DNA from: Bdellovibrionales bacterium
GTDB lineage: Bacteria; Bdellovibrionota; Bdellovibrionia; Bdellovibrionales; UBA1609
Direction: 5' to 3'
Assembly (NCBI GenBank): GCA_031412575.1
Contig: JANODG010000003.1
Coordinates: forward strand, 1-53,250
DNA: 53,250 nt
A program made the translations under genes and the position numbers. Each line of letters begins with the position of its first letter. Positions within the stretch are counted from its first letter, which is position 1. The notes under the pieces were generated by a model that worked only from the letters and a program-made list of their open reading frames with translations, made no database searches and was not told the DNA's origin. This document shows, one piece after another, positions 44,447 to 53,250 of the stretch.

Positions 44447-44890
44447 TTAAATGCGCTCGCGGCGCATTTGGCGTTCGACATCTTTGGACTTAATGGATTC
44501 GCGCTTGTCGTGGAGTTTTTTACCTTTTCCTAAGCCGATCTCTAGTTTAACTTTGCCGTCTTTAAAATACATTTTTGTCGGAACTACGGTTAAACCCTTT
44601 TCGTCCACTTTACCGCGAATTTTATTAAGTTCATCTTTATGAAGTAAAAGCTTACGTAAACGATCTGGCTCATGGTTGTTGTAGCTACTGGATTTATAAA
44701 CAGAAATAGTTGCTGACTGCAAATAGGCCTCGTGGCCTTTAAATACGATGTAGGATTCTCTTAAAGACACTTGTCCTGCACGAATGGATTTCACTTCGCT
44801 ACCTGTTAATACAAGGCCCGCTTCGTAAGTTTCAACTATCTGATAGTTGAAACGTGCCTTTTTGTTGTCTGAAATGATCTTTATACTCAT
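44447..44890 (-). CDS. smpB: SsrA-binding protein SmpB
   Basis: NKKARFNYQIVETYEAGLVLTGSEVKSIR and a basic C-terminal tail. 147 aa. Confidence 0.95.
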   Translation of the reverse strand: MSIKIISDNKKARFNYQIVETYEAGLVLTGSEVKSIRAGQVSLRESYIVFKGHEAYLQSATISVYKSSSYNNHEPDRLRKLLLHKDELNKIRGKVDEKGLTVVPTKMYFKDGKVKLEIGLGKGKKLHDKRESIKSKDVERQMRRERI

Positions 44891-44978
44891 CGTTTTTCGC
44901 TCTTAAACCAAATTCTCTTTTTATATATTAACACTTATGCGGCTAAATTACTTTCTAAAACTTACAAGTTCTTTGAAG

Positions 44979-45938
44979 CTAAAGCCTTTTTTTACTTTCA
45001 CAAAATAAAAATAGCTCTTTAAAGTCGTTTGGTGATAGCTCTTCGGCTCTCATGTCCAAATTTAAACTTTTGTTTTTACTCTTTTTTCCTGCTGACATAT
45101 CTGGGTCCACGTTCAAAGATTTAGATTCAAAAAAGTCTTTAAATTCTTGCAAAAGACCCAACTTTTTTGCTTTGTTTGAAATCTTTTTTCGACGCTCTAA
45201 AAAGCAATTTTTTACGAACTGAACAAATCCGTCCCGGTTCGTGATGTCTGAATGTTTTCTAGAAAAAGTTAACACTTGGCTGTCGACCTTGGGTTTTGGA
45301 TTAAAACAATTGGGGCTGACAAAAACTAACTTTTTAATGTCCCAAAAGTTTTGGGCTACCACCGATAAAAATCCATAATTCGAATCGGACTTTTGACTTA
45401 AAATTCTATCTGCCACTTCTTTTTGAAACATTAAAACCATTTTTTCAAATTTAGAGTTGATGGAAGTTTCAATCACTATCCGAGAAGATATTTGATAAGG
45501 AAGGTTTGAAACTAAACCAAATTTATCCTCTTCATTACCTTGAAAATGCTCAGCTGGTCTATTTGATTCAGCTTGTTCGCTTTGAATCGTAGAACTACTA
45601 TTTGTTACATTTTCGGAAATCTGACTCCAATCGTATTTTAAGGCGTCGACTTCTATCACATTCAAACCTTGATCTTGCCAATACTTTGCAAAGTAAGAAT
45701 CTAGTTCTATGACTAATTTAAGTTCGTCTTTAAGTTCATCTGTGAGTGATCCAAGCCCGGGCCCAATTTCAATCCATTTCAGTGTAGAATTATGTTTAAC
45801 AAAACCCACAATGTTATCAACGATGGTTTGATCGACTAAAAAGTTTTGTCCTAAGGATTTTTTAGCCGTGACACTTAGCTCTTCAATTCTAGAATTGATT
45901 TTTTCTCTAAGTGTTTGGGCGTTTACATTTTCACTCAT
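44979..45938 (-). CDS. rsmA: 16S rRNA (adenine1518/1519-N6)-dimethyltransferase with an internal insertion and a C-terminal extension
   Basis: KKSLGQNFLVD, IEIGPGLGSLT and SNLPYQISS motifs. At 319 aa it is longer than usual. Confidence 0.88.
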   Translation of the reverse strand: MSENVNAQTLREKINSRIEELSVTAKKSLGQNFLVDQTIVDNIVGFVKHNSTLKWIEIGPGLGSLTDELKDELKLVIELDSYFAKYWQDQGLNVIEVDALKYDWSQISENVTNSSSTIQSEQAESNRPAEHFQGNEEDKFGLVSNLPYQISSRIVIETSINSKFEKMVLMFQKEVADRILSQKSDSNYGFLSVVAQNFWDIKKLVFVSPNCFNPKPKVDSQVLTFSRKHSDITNRDGFVQFVKNCFLERRKKISNKAKKLGLLQEFKDFFESKSLNVDPDMSAGKKSKNKSLNLDMRAEELSPNDFKELFLFCESKKRL

Positions 45939-47032
45939 GATATGCTCACAGTGAAATCTGAATCATAAGATCTAGGCTTCGGCGCAAGACTTTGATCGTC
46001 AACTTTTCCGTTTAAAAAGTTTTTAAGTCCTGCGTACCCAATCATAGCTGCATTATCGGTGCAGTATTTAAGTGGCGGTATCAAGACAGGAATTTTTATA
46101 GCTTCAGATAGCAATTCGGCGCGCTGTCTTAAGTAGGTGTTCGCACTGACACCCCCTGTGATGGCCACCGACTTATAGTTATTTTCTGATAATGCGGATT
46201 CTAACTTTTCAAACAGAATATCAATCACATCTTTTTCGAAGGACGCACACAGGTTATAAATTTCAGAATTGATTTCATCCGAAGACATTTTTTCAAGCTG
46301 TCTTAAGCCTGAAGCTTTTGTTCCTGAGAAACTAAAATTTAAGCCTTGGTTTTTTAATCCTTTAGGAAACTGATAAGCCTTTGGATCACCTTGACGGGCC
46401 CACTGATCAAGCTTGGCACCACCAGGAAATCCAAGCCCAAGTTCTTTGGCAAATTTATCAAGGGCTTCGCCGGCAGCATCGTCGACAGTTTGTCCTAAAA
46501 TTTTGTAATTACCGATATCTGTGATTTCACAAAGATGGGTGTGTCCCCCGCTGACTGCTAAAGCTAAACTTGGAAATGAATTTTCAATTTCAAGCTGGGG
46601 TTGGTATTTTTCATCTTTTAACCAAGGTGCAAGCAAATGCCCTTCGAGATGATTTACACCTACTAAAGGTTTTTTCCATAAAACAGATAAGGTCTTTGCG
46701 GTCACAAGGCCCACTAAGAGTGATCCCACCAAACCCGGTCGGTTAGTGACCGAGATCACGTCAATGTCATTAGGGGTGATCTGATTTGATTTTAAAAGAT
46801 GATCAATTAAGGGAAGTAAACTCAAAGTGTGATTTCTAGATGCGATTTCGGGAACAACGCCACCATAAGGCAAATGCAAAAGATCTTGATTGGCGCTAAG
46901 TAAACCAACAACATACCCATCCGATCGGACTAAAGATACAGATGTGTCATCACAGCTGGTTTCAATAGCCAGGGATAACTTTAATTCACTGATCAAATGG
47001 GGTTTTTCGTCTAAGTAACTTTCTTCGCTCAC
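45935..47032 (-). CDS. tsaD: tRNA N6-adenosine threonylcarbamoyltransferase
   Basis: LAIETSCDDTSVSLV, GVNHLEGHLLAP and VSGGHT motifs. Confidence 0.93.
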   Translation of the reverse strand: MSEESYLDEKPHLISELKLSLAIETSCDDTSVSLVRSDGYVVGLLSANQDLLHLPYGGVVPEIASRNHTLSLLPLIDHLLKSNQITPNDIDVISVTNRPGLVGSLLVGLVTAKTLSVLWKKPLVGVNHLEGHLLAPWLKDEKYQPQLEIENSFPSLALAVSGGHTHLCEITDIGNYKILGQTVDDAAGEALDKFAKELGLGFPGGAKLDQWARQGDPKAYQFPKGLKNQGLNFSFSGTKASGLRQLEKMSSDEINSEIYNLCASFEKDVIDILFEKLESALSENNYKSVAITGGVSANTYLRQRAELLSEAIKIPVLIPPLKYCTDNAAMIGYAGLKNFLNGKVDDQSLAPKPRSYDSDFTVSIS

Positions 47033-47745
47033 TTCAAGTTGTCTAACCTAAATTTAGCAAACTTAGAAGCTTTAGACTTAGGGTAGGACTGAATTACATT
47101 GTTAAAGAAGGTCTTAGCTTCGGATTTTAAACCTAGTTCCTGAAAACAAACCCCAATCTTGTACGTCACAATAGAGATTTCTGGTGATTTCGGATTTTTC
47201 TTTCTGAACTCTTGGAACTCAGTGGCAGCTCGGTCCCATTTGCCTTCAGTAAATAATTTATCGGCCAATTCAAGGCTACCTGACGGTGCCGCAGAAGCTT
47301 CTTGGGCTTCTTTCGCCTCTTTGGCTTTAAGAGCAGTAAGTTGAGCTTGAGCTTCTTGGCCTTCTTTAAGTTCTTTTTTTAACATTTCTTGCTGAACTAA
47401 CATTTCGCTCATGGCTTGTTCTAAATCTTTCACGCGGTCGGCATCGGCTTTTCCAGTGGTGCTGGCTTTAGTTTCAAGCTCTTCGATTCGTCCAAGCATA
47501 GTTCTAAACTGCTCTTCGTAAGATTTAATTTGCGTTTCTAAAACTGCAACTTCTTGATTGGTGCGAGTTTGTGAATTTGCGGCCGCTGGCTTAGGTGCAT
47601 TGTAGGTCTTTGGAACATTATATCTTGTTGCTGGATTTGGGCTTTGACTTAATTCCGAGCGAGTAACCACACACTGATTCAAAAGAAACACACAAGACAT
47701 TAAAAATAAAGTCTGAACAAAAACTGATTTTCTAAATTTAATCAT
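47029..47745 (-). CDS. cpoB: Tol-Pal system protein CpoB/YbgF-like (coiled coil plus TPR)
   Basis: Signal peptide, a central coiled coil (LETQIKSYEEQFRTMLGRIEELE), and a C-terminal TPR-like region (KWDRAATEFQEFRKKNPKSPE...YKIGVCFQELG...AKTFFNNVIQSYPKS). It lies next to pal. Confidence 0.7.
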   Translation of the reverse strand: MIKFRKSVFVQTLFLMSCVFLLNQCVVTRSELSQSPNPATRYNVPKTYNAPKPAAANSQTRTNQEVAVLETQIKSYEEQFRTMLGRIEELETKASTTGKADADRVKDLEQAMSEMLVQQEMLKKELKEGQEAQAQLTALKAKEAKEAQEASAAPSGSLELADKLFTEGKWDRAATEFQEFRKKNPKSPEISIVTYKIGVCFQELGLKSEAKTFFNNVIQSYPKSKASKFAKFRLDNLK

Positions 47746-48053
47746 AAAACGATTTCTCCATTTTTATATTTTTTTATTCTCGCTTTGGTTTCTGCTTTTT
47801 CAGCGATAATACGTGTCTTAATGAAATATTCTTTGGCTTTAGTGTAGTTTCTTTCTTCGTAAAACTTAAGGGCTATTTCATAAAGCTTCTTAGATTGATA
47901 ATCTAATTTAGGTTCTAACTTATCGACCTGAGCTTTTTTAGCATTTTCAAGTGCTGTGATTGCAAACACATAATCTTCTTTTGGTGGAACGCCGGCACAT
48001 GAGATCAGTGCTAAAAAAAAGACGAAAAAAAAGGGAACATGGATCCATTTCAC
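47742..48053 (-). CDS. Small helical lipoprotein (DUF4398-like)
   Basis: Lipobox FLALISC, then a helical region (AITALENAKKAQVDKL...YEIALKFYEERNYTKAKEYF). It has a 4-nt overlap with cpoB. Confidence 0.5.
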   Translation of the reverse strand: MKWIHVPFFFVFFLALISCAGVPPKEDYVFAITALENAKKAQVDKLEPKLDYQSKKLYEIALKFYEERNYTKAKEYFIKTRIIAEKAETKARIKKYKNGEIVL

Positions 48054-48134
48054 GCTATCAGTGTACGTCAGTGATTTTACTGTAGCAACTAACTCAAGTG
48101 AAATTGATTCAAGCTCCCTAGAACTTTTTATTTA

Positions 48135-48665
48135 TTACTGAAGAGGTAAGAAGTTTGCACGTCTATTTCTTGTGTGATCAGATTCTGAATCACCATAAGA
48201 AACAAGTTTTTCTTCACCGTAACTGATTGTTAACATTTGAGCAGGGTTTACACCGATGCTTTGTAAATAGTCTTTAACCGCTTTTGCACGTCTTTCGCCT
48301 AAAGCTAAGTTGTATTCTACAGATCCTCTTTCATCGCAATGACCTTCAATCTGAACATTAACGTTTGGATTTGCATTCATCCAAGCAGCATTGTCGCTTA
48401 AAGATTTTTTTGCGCCTTCAGACAAAGCCGAGTTGTCGTAAGCGAAGTTTATTGATTTTAAACCTGGAATTGAACCTGTGTCGCTTCCTGTTGCACTTGC
48501 ATTCATTGGAGAGTCAGACATATTTGTCGCATCCAATACGCCACCTTGTGCCATCGGATCGCCACCGTCCGCAGACAATGCACTGTCATCCTTTTTTTTG
48601 CTTGCACAATTTGTTAATTGGAAAGCCATTCCTAGTATTAATAACGCTGATAAAATTTTTGTCAT
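48135..48665 (-). CDS. pal: Peptidoglycan-associated lipoprotein Pal (OmpA C-like domain)
   Basis: OmpA-like domain (NFAYDNSAL, IEGHCDERGSVEYNLALGERRAKAV, SYGEEK). The preferred start is ATG 48663-48665, giving the signal MTKILSALLILGMAFQLTNC. The ORF opens at 48680. Confidence 0.88.
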   Translation of the reverse strand: MTKILSALLILGMAFQLTNCASKKKDDSALSADGGDPMAQGGVLDATNMSDSPMNASATGSDTGSIPGLKSINFAYDNSALSEGAKKSLSDNAAWMNANPNVNVQIEGHCDERGSVEYNLALGERRAKAVKDYLQSIGVNPAQMLTISYGEEKLVSYGDSESDHTRNRRANFLPLQ

Positions 48666-48719
48666 GTGAGCTACCCCCATAAAGATTAAGACATTACAAT
48701 TCTATGATGGGATTCGGGG

Positions 48720-51575
48720 ATGTCAATGCATTATTTTTTATTAAGACTGTCAAAAATTAGAGTTTACAGTTCAATCTTAGGGTTGACTGTACTTATTCAG
48801 TTTACTTTTTTAGCATCTTTGTCTGCTAAGGAATGGGTTTCTTATAAATCAAAACACTTTAAATTTATCATTCATGAGTCTCATAGCGACCAAGCGGAGC
48901 ACATTGCTGAACAATCTGAAAATGCTTACTTACAAATTTCTAAAGTTTATAAAGAGCGCCCGAAATCCCCAATATTACTGGTTGTAGATCACCGCACCAA
49001 TTCGTCAAATGGTTCGGCGACTCATTTCCCGTATCCGCATATAGTCATATACCCTGCTTTACCTACTATATACTCTTCTATCGGCGAATATCACCAGTGG
49101 GTTTATGAACTTGTACTGCATGAACTTGTCCATTACCTGACATTTTATCCTACTCACGGGGTTTACAAACCTTTGCAGTGGGTTTTCGGAAATTTATTTG
49201 CGCCGAATTTTATTTTACTTCCGTCATGGTTTCACGAAGGTCTTGCGGTAAGTCTTGAAACTCATCTGACTGAAGGTGGCCGTCTTCGCTCTGAGAATTA
49301 TAAAGAGATGTATAAGCTTCTTGCTATAGATCTTAAGTCGGGCAAAGAAAACCTATCCCGCATTAATGAGCGTTACATTCCAAGCTATCCTTATGGGCAA
49401 AGACCCTACTTTTTTGGTTCGCTGATTTTAAACGAATCGACTAAAAATCAAAAGTCAGAAAACGTAAATGAATTGATTCAAGATTTTTCAAGCGCACTTC
49501 CGCCTTACAATTTGTATTCTAGTGTGAAACGAAACTTCGGAAAATCCTTTCGCGCTGTCAGGAAATCATTAACTGACAGTCCAGTTCAAAATGTAGATCA
49601 CAAAGACTTTTCGTTTCGTGGACATTCACCTATGTGGCTAAATTTTAAAGAGTTTTTAACAGTTCATCAGAGTAAAGATTTATTAACCCAAGTGATCAAA
49701 CATAATGTTGAGACTAAAAAATCAAAAGTGATATTTCAGACTTTAGGTTCAGAACGCGTGCAAATTTCTGGTAACAAAGAAATTCTTATTTACGATCAGT
49801 CCATGGGATTTGAAAGATTATCAAACAGCACGGATCTTTACACATTTAATTTGAAATCCAAAAAACGTAAACGTTTAACTTACGGCGGTAACGTTAGAGA
49901 AGCATCCTTATCTAAAGACAATAAAAAAATAGTGGCGGTACAAACTAATTTAACCTCAACAAAATTAGTTGAATTGAATATGAGTGAGCCTAAGAAAATC
50001 ACCACCTTATATACGCCCGTAAATCACGAAACACGCATTTCGGCTCCTTTTTACTACGTATCTTCGCAAATTATTTTTATAGAAAAAGAAAACGGCAAAG
50101 ATTCAAAAGTTAAAATTCTTGATTTAAAAGATAATAAAATTCAGACTATGGACTTTTCGAATTCTTTCGAGAAGATCTTTTGGATCGAAGCCACTAGAGG
50201 ACAAATCTTACTTCACGCCAAGGAAGCTAAAAAACCTCGACAACATTATTTGTTAGACAAAAATTTTAGACCACAGCAAATCACTTTTGATCCGATTGGA
50301 ACAAGGAGTGCAAGCCTTTATAAAAATAGCATCTTGGTCTCTAGAATCACACCTCAGGACTATAAAACAGCGCATTACTCTGACTTTAAATCTTTAATTT
50401 CTAATGAGCCTTTGTTCGATCACCCTATAGAGCTATCTAAGGGTTTAATTTCCAATCCAGAAAAAGTTCAAAAAACCGCTTTAGTTAAAAAACGGTACTC
50501 AGCGCTTGATTATATGCTTCCGCAGTACTGGTACCCCTTCATTACGCCAAACTATGCCGGGTTTTCTGGGCAAACCTCAGTGAGTATTTCCACAGGATCC
50601 AGCGACCCCTTGGGTTTAAATTCTTATTCTCTATCACTTCAACAGGATACAATTTCTGAAAGACTAAGTGGCGGGTTTAATTATTTTCACGCCAACAAAA
50701 CATTACTTTGGGGCCTTTCGGTTAGCCAAATTGAATCACCACTCACCGATGAATTTTCTAGAACTTTTAAATTTTTAGGTTTGTCCGCACGATACGATTT
50801 TGGCCATCAAAGGTACTTGGGCCACGCGCTTACATTTGGTTTTACTTTTACGGATGCGAAATTAACAATTCCACCAGACACTCAGCAGATTAAAGCCATG
50901 GGTCCACAGGTGACGTATGAGTATAATTCGTTAATTCAGCAGCCTTCGCGAATTGCGCCATCTCGTGGGGTTTTTACAAGTTTGAACTTGGCCCATTATT
51001 TAGAGCAAGACGATTTCTTTTCGTATAATTCTGCTGAAGCTTACTTTGAAACTTACTTTTCGAAGTTTATCTTTCCAGAGACCACATCGCTAAAGATTTT
51101 TACAAAAGTGATTGCATCGGACGAGTCTTTGCCAACGGTGTTTACTCCAGTGAATTTAAGTGGATACTTTACGACATCTCGTCAACAGAACAGTTTTGTG
51201 ATTCGAGGTTATCCTTCGGGATATTTTCAAGCCCGAAACTCTGCTTACACTTTAGGGGTTGAGTATTACTTCCCAATCCTAAACATTTTTAATGGACCGG
51301 AATCTTTACCTTTGTTTTTTAGACGAGTTTACGGAAGCTTGATTGCAGACATGGGAAGTTTTGACGGACTTGTGTATGACGGCATCAGTGACTTCGTAGA
51401 CCATGAATTTACTGAAACGTACGCAGGGGCTGGAGTAGAACTTCATATGGACATCACGATGGCGCACTATGTGCCCTTGAAGTTTAGCATTGGGTATTAT
51501 TCGCCGTTAAAAAAAATCAATGGCATCGAAAACGCGCAAATATTTTTAAACTTAACGACGCCGATGCTGCCTTAA
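48720..51575 (+). CDS. Large exported protein: peptidase-MA-like HExxH domain, possible PD40/TolB-like repeat region, C-terminal beta-barrel-like region
   Basis: Signal/anchor ILGLTVLIQFTFLASLSA. Zinc motif LVLHELVHYL with downstream WFHEGLAVSLE. The centre has alternating beta-strand-like repeats (EASLSKDNKKIVAVQ). The C-terminus has alternating-hydrophobic strands (YAGAGVELHMDI..LKFSIGYYSPL). Confidence 0.55.
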   Translation: MSMHYFLLRLSKIRVYSSILGLTVLIQFTFLASLSAKEWVSYKSKHFKFIIHESHSDQAEHIAEQSENAYLQISKVYKERPKSPILLVVDHRTNSSNGSATHFPYPHIVIYPALPTIYSSIGEYHQWVYELVLHELVHYLTFYPTHGVYKPLQWVFGNLFAPNFILLPSWFHEGLAVSLETHLTEGGRLRSENYKEMYKLLAIDLKSGKENLSRINERYIPSYPYGQRPYFFGSLILNESTKNQKSENVNELIQDFSSALPPYNLYSSVKRNFGKSFRAVRKSLTDSPVQNVDHKDFSFRGHSPMWLNFKEFLTVHQSKDLLTQVIKHNVETKKSKVIFQTLGSERVQISGNKEILIYDQSMGFERLSNSTDLYTFNLKSKKRKRLTYGGNVREASLSKDNKKIVAVQTNLTSTKLVELNMSEPKKITTLYTPVNHETRISAPFYYVSSQIIFIEKENGKDSKVKILDLKDNKIQTMDFSNSFEKIFWIEATRGQILLHAKEAKKPRQHYLLDKNFRPQQITFDPIGTRSASLYKNSILVSRITPQDYKTAHYSDFKSLISNEPLFDHPIELSKGLISNPEKVQKTALVKKRYSALDYMLPQYWYPFITPNYAGFSGQTSVSISTGSSDPLGLNSYSLSLQQDTISERLSGGFNYFHANKTLLWGLSVSQIESPLTDEFSRTFKFLGLSARYDFGHQRYLGHALTFGFTFTDAKLTIPPDTQQIKAMGPQVTYEYNSLIQQPSRIAPSRGVFTSLNLAHYLEQDDFFSYNSAEAYFETYFSKFIFPETTSLKIFTKVIASDESLPTVFTPVNLSGYFTTSRQQNSFVIRGYPSGYFQARNSAYTLGVEYYFPILNIFNGPESLPLFFRRVYGSLIADMGSFDGLVYDGISDFVDHEFTETYAGAGVELHMDITMAHYVPLKFSIGYYSPLKKINGIENAQIFLNLTTPMLP

Positions 51576-51748
51576 AACCTAGACCTAGCGAAATTAATGC
51601 ACCGCCGCCTTTTGCCTATTTTTGGGCGAAAACCGCAGAAATCTTGACTTTCAGTCGGTCCCAAAAAAAAATTGAAGTTGCAGTTAAGTTTTAAAACTTT
51701 TCTTTTTATTTATGTTAAGAACTTAACACGCAGTCGAAGGAGACCCTT

Positions 51749-52258
51749 TTGGATCAAGACAACAATATTGATTGGATCAAAGATTTAGTTCGTGGCGAAC
51801 AACAGATGGAAGAAGCTGGAATCGTTGATTTTTCTCCGGCGTTTGATCCTGCAAATATTTTGCTAAAAGGGACAGTTGAGTTTTTACAAAACATAAAAAC
51901 TCAGTTCATCAGATCGGCAACAGTTTTTAATCAGCTTCGCGGTGGTTCCCAAGGCTTAATTAAAGTTTATGGGATATCTAAAACTCATTGCGACTTTATG
52001 CTTTTCAGAAATGGCTACAAACTTATTTTTTCAATGGCTGAAGCTGGAAAAATTTTAATTCAGTTTCATCATATGGCCACACCATTTATGGCCGAAAGTA
52101 ATTCAAAGACCTCTGGCCCAATGACAGCGCACAGTGTGCTTGAAGCTCAGTGGGGCGCTTTTGGTGAATTGGTTTGGACGAACAAGTCAAAACCAGTAAA
52201 TGAAAGATATCTAGTTAGATATTATTTAAAACATTTCGTTCATAATAGTACGAAATAA
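51749..52258 (+). CDS. Hypothetical protein
   Basis: 169-aa ORF (TTG start) with no signal peptide and no recognisable motif. Confidence 0.35.
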   Translation: MDQDNNIDWIKDLVRGEQQMEEAGIVDFSPAFDPANILLKGTVEFLQNIKTQFIRSATVFNQLRGGSQGLIKVYGISKTHCDFMLFRNGYKLIFSMAEAGKILIQFHHMATPFMAESNSKTSGPMTAHSVLEAQWGAFGELVWTNKSKPVNERYLVRYYLKHFVHNSTK

Positions 52259-52368
52259 TAATCTGTCGTCTAATATTCAAATAAATCCAACTCATATTCA
52301 TTTGAATAAGGTATTTGTTAAATTATATTGAATCTTTTTACCTTGGGACTTTTCTAACTCAAGAACAA

Positions 52369-53067
52369 TCAATTAGTTTTAAATTTAATCTGTTGTTTTT
52401 CCATTTCAATTTTTTTCGACATTAAAACCACGTCTTTAAAGGTTCTGATTTCTTGAACATCAGACACATCGATTTTTAATAAGTTTTCTTTAGCTTCCAG
52501 CACCATGTTCTGTACACCGGTTAAATATTGATCATGATTTTCTGATTTTTTTATGTCGTTATTTTCGCTTATGTGTTTTGAAACTACTGGGATTTCAAGT
52601 TCGCTCATCTCTAAATCTTCAAGAAGGTCTTCTGGTAAACCTAGAACTCTATATTCTGTTTTCGAATTAAAGCTAACTTCAGCCTCTAGTGCGCTGCTGG
52701 ATTCACTCTTTAACTCTTGTCCTATCTCGTGATTCAATTGATTTATTGCAATGTTGTCTATCTTAAGTTCGCTGTCCAATAATGTTGAAGCATTGGCTAA
52801 AACTTCATTCGAAAGAATCGGCATATTCATTTCAGCATCAATGGCCGGTAGCACCGATTCTTGAATTGGTTTTGAATCGATGACACTGGCTTGGACTTTT
52901 TTTAAAACTAAATTGTGTTGGTCTAAAAGATCTTCAAGAACAGTTATTTTTTCACTTATTTTTTTTTCAGTTTTTTTGATTTCTGAAAGTAGACCCTTTT
53001 TATTGTGAAAAACGATCCAGAACATTAAACATGAAAAAATAATAAATGTGTCAGTGATTAAATCCAT
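52369..53067 (-). CDS. Hypothetical membrane-anchored coiled-coil/acidic protein
   Basis: N-terminal TM helix (FIIFSCLMFWIVF), then a coiled coil (EIKKTEKKISEKITVLEDLLDQ) and an acidic serine-rich region. Confidence 0.4.
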   Translation of the reverse strand: MDLITDTFIIFSCLMFWIVFHNKKGLLSEIKKTEKKISEKITVLEDLLDQHNLVLKKVQASVIDSKPIQESVLPAIDAEMNMPILSNEVLANASTLLDSELKIDNIAINQLNHEIGQELKSESSSALEAEVSFNSKTEYRVLGLPEDLLEDLEMSELEIPVVSKHISENNDIKKSENHDQYLTGVQNMVLEAKENLLKIDVSDVQEIRTFKDVVLMSKKIEMEKQQIKFKTN

Positions 53068-53073
53068 TCATAA

Positions 53074-53250
53074 ATTATAGCTCGGAAATAAAACTTTGTA
53101 GCCGCTCTACCGACTTTCGGATGGTCTTTTCATCAGTCGCAAAGCTAAGTCTGATGTAGTCAGCCTGACCAAAGGACTGGCCTGGAACCACAACAACCCC
53201 TTTTGACTCTAGTAAATGGGCGCAAAACTGATCACTGTCCCAACCTTGTT
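53074..53250 (-). CDS. Class I/II (aspartate-type) aminotransferase, C-terminal fragment (5' end beyond window)
   Basis: My minus-strand translation reads ...GWDSDQFCAHLLESKGVVVVPGQSFGQADYIRLSFATDEKTIRKSVERLQSFISEL*, the typical C-terminus of PLP aminotransferases. Stop is the complement of 53074-53076. Confidence 0.7.

Noticed and set aside
44395-44978. Looked for an ssrA (tmRNA) gene or tRNA-like end next to smpB
   Set aside because: The short flanks contain no tRNA-like acceptor/T-arm sequence (no GGTTCGAATCC-type motif) and are too short for a tmRNA. ssrA must lie elsewhere.

Overview
This is an AT-rich Gram-negative chromosomal window. No rRNA, tRNA or CRISPR array was recognised by eye. 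The left 31 kb is a complete division/cell-wall (dcw) cluster on the minus strand. It keeps the textbook order: mraZ-rsmH-ftsL-ftsI / murE-murF-mraY-murD / ftsW / murG-murC-murB-ddl / ftsQ-ftsA. Unrelated cargo interrupts it at four junctions. (1) A 6.2-kb plus-strand island lies between murE and ftsI. It holds exported unknowns, a Tiki/TraB-like lipoprotein, and a translationally coupled three-gene operon (heme-lipoprotein, DUF1588/1585-like protein, TAT-exported DUF1552-like protein). (2) A 216-bp palindromic MITE/REPIN-like element with a central bidirectional terminator hairpin lies between murD and ftsW. (3) A ku-ligD-mpg DNA-repair module lies between ftsW and murG, and ligD is broken by a frameshift inside an A9 run. 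(4) A GNAT gene, an IS200/RAYT-like Y1 transposase gene and an AT-rich ORF lie between ddl and ftsQ. A GC-rich repeat family brackets ftsI-ftsL. One copy sits just 3' of ftsI and ends in three mini-hairpins with covarying stems. The other copy is read in frame inside the FtsL cytoplasmic tail. The right half carries tdk, hpt, a PBP4-type carboxypeptidase, and a second unsplit DUF1592-family/DUF1552 pair followed by an orphan solute-binding lipoprotein. It also carries an LspA fused to a 2TM/HAMP-like module (with a stand-alone paralogue nearby), dsbD, rluB, smpB, and a pal-lipoprotein-cpoB-tsaD-rsmA chain joined by 4-nt overlaps. Divergent from pal is a 951-aa HExxH/propeller-like/barrel-like protein. 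The protein repertoire suggests a Bdellovibrionota-like organism, which is inference only. The best candidates for undescribed biology are the paired DUF1592/DUF1552 loci, the GC-rich repeat family around ftsI/ftsL, and the repair genes wired into the dcw cluster.
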